Source: Alphaproteobacteria bacterium
GTDB lineage: Bacteria > Pseudomonadota > Alphaproteobacteria > Micropepsales > Micropepsaceae
DNA: 64,000 bases
Direction: 5' to 3'
Assembly (NCBI GenBank): GCA_016783965.1
Contig: JADHVO010000011.1
Location: 4,229-68,228, forward strand
How positions within the stretch are numbered: the stretch's first letter is position 1; every line of letters starts with the position of its first letter. Under the pieces are notes generated by a model. That model did not search any database, was not told the origin of the DNA, and saw only the letters and a list, made by a program, of their open reading frames with translations. The translations under genes and the position numbers were made by a program. Below are positions 61,386 through 64,000 of this stretch, one piece after another.

Positions 61386-64000
61386 TCGCTCGCATCATTG
61401 CGCTCTCGGCGCGCAACACCCTCTTTGTGCTACTGGCAACGGCGCTCATCGTCGTCGCTGGGCTCTACGCCGTTCTTGCGACCCCGCTTGACGCCATTCC
61501 CGACCTCTCCGACCCGCAAGTCATCGTCTTTACGGAAGTCCCGGGCCAGGCTCCCCAAGTAGTCGAGGATCAGGTCACCTATCCGCTGACGACAGCGCTT
61601 CTCGCTGTGCCGAAGTCGAAGGTCGTGCGCGGCTTCTCTTTTTTCGGCGTGTCCTTCGTCTACGTCGTGTTCGAGGACGGCACGGACATCTATTGGGCGC
61701 GGAGCCGCGTGCTTGAATACCTGAACTTTGCCCAGAAACGCTTGCCGGCGGGTGTAACGCCGTCACTGGGCCCCGATGCCACTGGTGTCGGCTGGGTTTA
61801 TGAGTATGTCGTGATCGGCGCGCAGAAGACGCTCGCCGAGCTGCGCTCCATCCAGGATTGGTTCATCCGCTACCAACTGACCAAGGCGGGCGGCGTTGCG
61901 GAGGTCGCGAGCGTCGGCGGGTTCGTGAAGCAATATCAGGTCGTCGTCGACCCGGTGAAGCTGCGGGCCTACGGGATTTCTCTTCAGAAGATCACCGACG
62001 CTATTCGCGCGAGCAATGCCGATGTGGGCGGCAGTTCCATCGAGCTCACCGAGCGCGAATACATGGTGCGCGGCCGCGGCTATCTGAAGGGTGCCGGCGA
62101 TCTTGAAAAGGTCGTCCTCAAGGCAAACGGGGGAACACCCGTTCTTCTCTCCGATGTTGCCCGTATCGAGATCGGCCCTGACGAACGGCGCGGGCTCACG
62201 GAACTCAATGGCCAGGGCGAAGTCGCGGCTGGCATTGTGCTGCAACGCGATGGCGAGAACGCGCTCTCCGTCATCAAGAACGTCAAGGAGAAGATCGCTG
62301 AGCTCGCAGCCGGGCTGCCGCAAGGTGTCTCGATTCTGCCGGTCTACGATCGCTCGAACCTGATCCTGCGGGCGATCGATACGCTGAAGCACACTCTTGT
62401 CGAAGAAAGCATCATCATCGGGTTCGTTTGCCTCATTTTTCTCCTTCATGCGCGCAGTGCGCTGGTCGCGATCATGATGCTGCCCGTCGGCGTCCTGATC
62501 GCCTTCCTCATCATGCATGCGCTCGGCATCAGCTCGAACATCATGAGCCTTGGCGGCATCGCGATCGCGATCGGCGCCATGGTCGATGCAGCGATTGTCA
62601 TGATCGAGAACGCCCATAAGCGATTAGAGAAGGCGGGACTAGGTGAAAGCCGGGTCGATGTGCTCGTGAAGGCCGCGACGGAAGTGGGTCCTGCGCTGTT
62701 CTTCAGCCTCCTCGTCATCACGGTCTCATTCTTGCCGGTGTTCACGCTGGAAGCGCAGGAGGGCCGACTCTTCAAGCCGTTGGTCTACACATACACCTTC
62801 TCGCTCGCTGCGGCGGCGCTGCTGTCCGTCACGCTGGTGCCGGTCCTCATGACGCTCTTCGTTCGCGGGCGCATTATGCCGGAGCAGAAAAATCCGGTGA
62901 ACCGCGCGCTGATCTGGGCCTACCGGCCTGTCATTGACGCGGTTCTGCACTACCGGAAGCTCACGATCTCGCTGGCGCTCGCCATTCTTGCCATATCGAT
63001 CTACCCAGTCTTGCGGATCGGCAGCGAGTTCATGCCGACCCTCAACGAAGGCACGTTGCTCTATATGCCTGTGAGCCTGCCCAGCATGTCGATCACGAAA
63101 GCCAGCGAGCTCATCCAGATCCAGGACAAGATCATCAAGAGCTTCCCGGAGGTCGAGAGCGTCTTCGGCAAAGCCGGCCGCGCCAATAGCGCAACCGACC
63201 CCGCGCCCGTCGAGATGTTCGAGACGGTCATCAACCTCAAGCCGGAGGAGAGCTGGCCTGTCGGTATGACGATCGACAAGTTGATCTCCGACATGAATGC
63301 CGCTCTACAGTTCCCCGGTGTGAGCAATGCCTGGACCATGCCGATCAAGGCGCGCATCGACATGCTCTCGACCGGCATCCGCACGCCGGTCGGGGTCAAA
63401 CTCTACGGCAACGATCTCAAAGAGCTCGACCGGCTTTCGGGGCAGATCGAAGCGGTAATCCGGAAGGTTCCGGGCACGACCAGCGCTTTCGCGGAACGTG
63501 TGCTCGGCGGCTATTACGTCAACATCGAGCCCGATCGCGCGGCGCTCGCCCGCTACGGTCTCAGCGTCGACGATGTGCAGAACACCGTGCGGACGGCCCT
63601 TGGCGGCGAAATGGTGACGGAAACCGTCGAAGGGCGTGAGCGCTACAGCGTCAATGTCCGCTATCCGCGCGACCTGCGTTCCGACCCGCGTGCGATCGCA
63701 AGCGAGGTATTGGTGAGCGCCATGGACGGCGCCTCGATTCCGCTCGGTCAGCTGGCCTCCATCGCGGTCACTCAAGGCCCGCCATCAATTCGGACCGAGA
63801 ATGCCCAACTGGTCGACTATATCTATGTCGATCTGCAGGGCCGGGACCTGGGCGGATATGTCAGCGACGCGCGCAAGGCGGTTGCCGACCAAGTGCGGCT
63901 GCCTCCGGGCTACCATGTCGAATGGAGCGGGCAGTTCGAATATCTTGAGCGCGCCTCGGCAAAGCTCAAGACCGTCATTCCGGCCACGCTCTTTCTTATA
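61382..64000 (+). CDS. cusA: Cu(I)/Ag(I) efflux RND permease CusA (3' end beyond the window)
   Basis: Missing from the ORF track because no stop falls in the window. My translation from GTG 61382 (GTGA overlap with cusB) reads VIARIIALSARNTLFVLLATALIVV...DAIPDLSDPQVIVFTE...GGIAIAIGAMVDAAIVMIEN, the CusA-type TM4 signature. Confidence 0.95.
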   Translation, partial: MIARIIALSARNTLFVLLATALIVVAGLYAVLATPLDAIPDLSDPQVIVFTEVPGQAPQVVEDQVTYPLTTALLAVPKSKVVRGFSFFGVSFVYVVFEDGTDIYWARSRVLEYLNFAQKRLPAGVTPSLGPDATGVGWVYEYVVIGAQKTLAELRSIQDWFIRYQLTKAGGVAEVASVGGFVKQYQVVVDPVKLRAYGISLQKITDAIRASNADVGGSSIELTEREYMVRGRGYLKGAGDLEKVVLKANGGTPVLLSDVARIEIGPDERRGLTELNGQGEVAAGIVLQRDGENALSVIKNVKEKIAELAAGLPQGVSILPVYDRSNLILRAIDTLKHTLVEESIIIGFVCLIFLLHARSALVAIMMLPVGVLIAFLIMHALGISSNIMSLGGIAIAIGAMVDAAIVMIENAHKRLEKAGLGESRVDVLVKAATEVGPALFFSLLVITVSFLPVFTLEAQEGRLFKPLVYTYTFSLAAAALLSVTLVPVLMTLFVRGRIMPEQKNPVNRALIWAYRPVIDAVLHYRKLTISLALAILAISIYPVLRIGSEFMPTLNEGTLLYMPVSLPSMSITKASELIQIQDKIIKSFPEVESVFGKAGRANSATDPAPVEMFETVINLKPEESWPVGMTIDKLISDMNAALQFPGVSNAWTMPIKARIDMLSTGIRTPVGVKLYGNDLKELDRLSGQIEAVIRKVPGTTSAFAERVLGGYYVNIEPDRAALARYGLSVDDVQNTVRTALGGEMVTETVEGRERYSVNVRYPRDLRSDPRAIASEVLVSAMDGASIPLGQLASIAVTQGPPSIRTENAQLVDYIYVDLQGRDLGGYVSDARKAVADQVRLPPGYHVEWSGQFEYLERASAKLKTVIPATLFLI

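Noticed and set aside
61763-62617. 284-aa minus-strand ORF (and others up to 63775) in the last 2.6 kb
   Set aside because: The plus strand encodes CusA continuously from 61382 to the window end. The minus-strand ORFs are shadows listed only because cusA has no stop in the window.
1-64000. Search for rRNA, tRNA, CRISPR arrays and IS or transposase genes
   Set aside because: I found no cloverleaf-compatible sequence or T-loop consensus in the intergenic regions, no repeat-spacer arrays and no DDE, serine or HUH transposase-like translation. The only recombinase is the tyrosine recombinase at 14700-15674.

Overview
High-GC segment of an alphaproteobacterial (Rhizobiales-type) repABC plasmid or chromid. 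All homology calls below come from motifs I could read in the translations; no searches were run. Layout from left to right follows. (1) 1-13.6 kb is a metal-resistance block: a c-type cytochrome, a CnrYXH-like ECF sigma module, copAB, a czcCBA-type RND operon with an embedded P-II-like gene, a MerR-type regulator and a CDF exporter. (2) 13.8-26.4 kb is accessory DNA. It holds a HEPN-like / tyrosine recombinase / truncated serine protease operon that ends in a tail-to-tail gene junction. It also holds a small nitrilase-fold protein, a GAF protein, a large ParB-like protein, a PUA-like-T5orf172 protein paired with a nuclease-like protein, an SDR, a frameshifted PAP2 gene and membrane proteins. 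(3) 26.4-37.8 kb has lower GC by eye and carries mobilisation functions: an XRE regulator, a TM-less T4CP preceded by a 4-TM protein, a MobA/MobL-helicase relaxase, a candidate oriT, a TraD-like protein, DUF736 and a large lipoprotein. (4) 37.8-42.4 kb is repCBA on the minus strand, with an unusually long repB-repC spacer carrying two ctRNA-like modules and parS-like palindromes upstream of repA. (5) 43.2-57.3 kb looks like a defence-style island. It contains an unknown 372-aa protein plus a 577-aa nitrilase-fold protein, then AbiEi/AbiEii, then an AddB/AddA-like helicase-nuclease pair. It ends with an XRE-ImmA pair divergent from a three-gene ubiquitin-like conjugation operon (multiubiquitin, E2-E1 fusion, Cys/His zinc-ribbon protein). 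(6) 57.4-64.0 kb encodes small periplasmic Met-rich proteins and cusCBA, with cusA running off the window. I saw no rRNA, tRNA, CRISPR array or recognisable IS element. The best candidates for a new or under-described system are the XRE/ImmA-controlled Ubl operon, the 43.2-46.2 kb two-gene module, and the AbiE-AddAB-like co-oriented block. Two real genes at the window edges are missing from the supplied ORF track. Many long ORFs in the track are antisense shadows typical of high-GC DNA.
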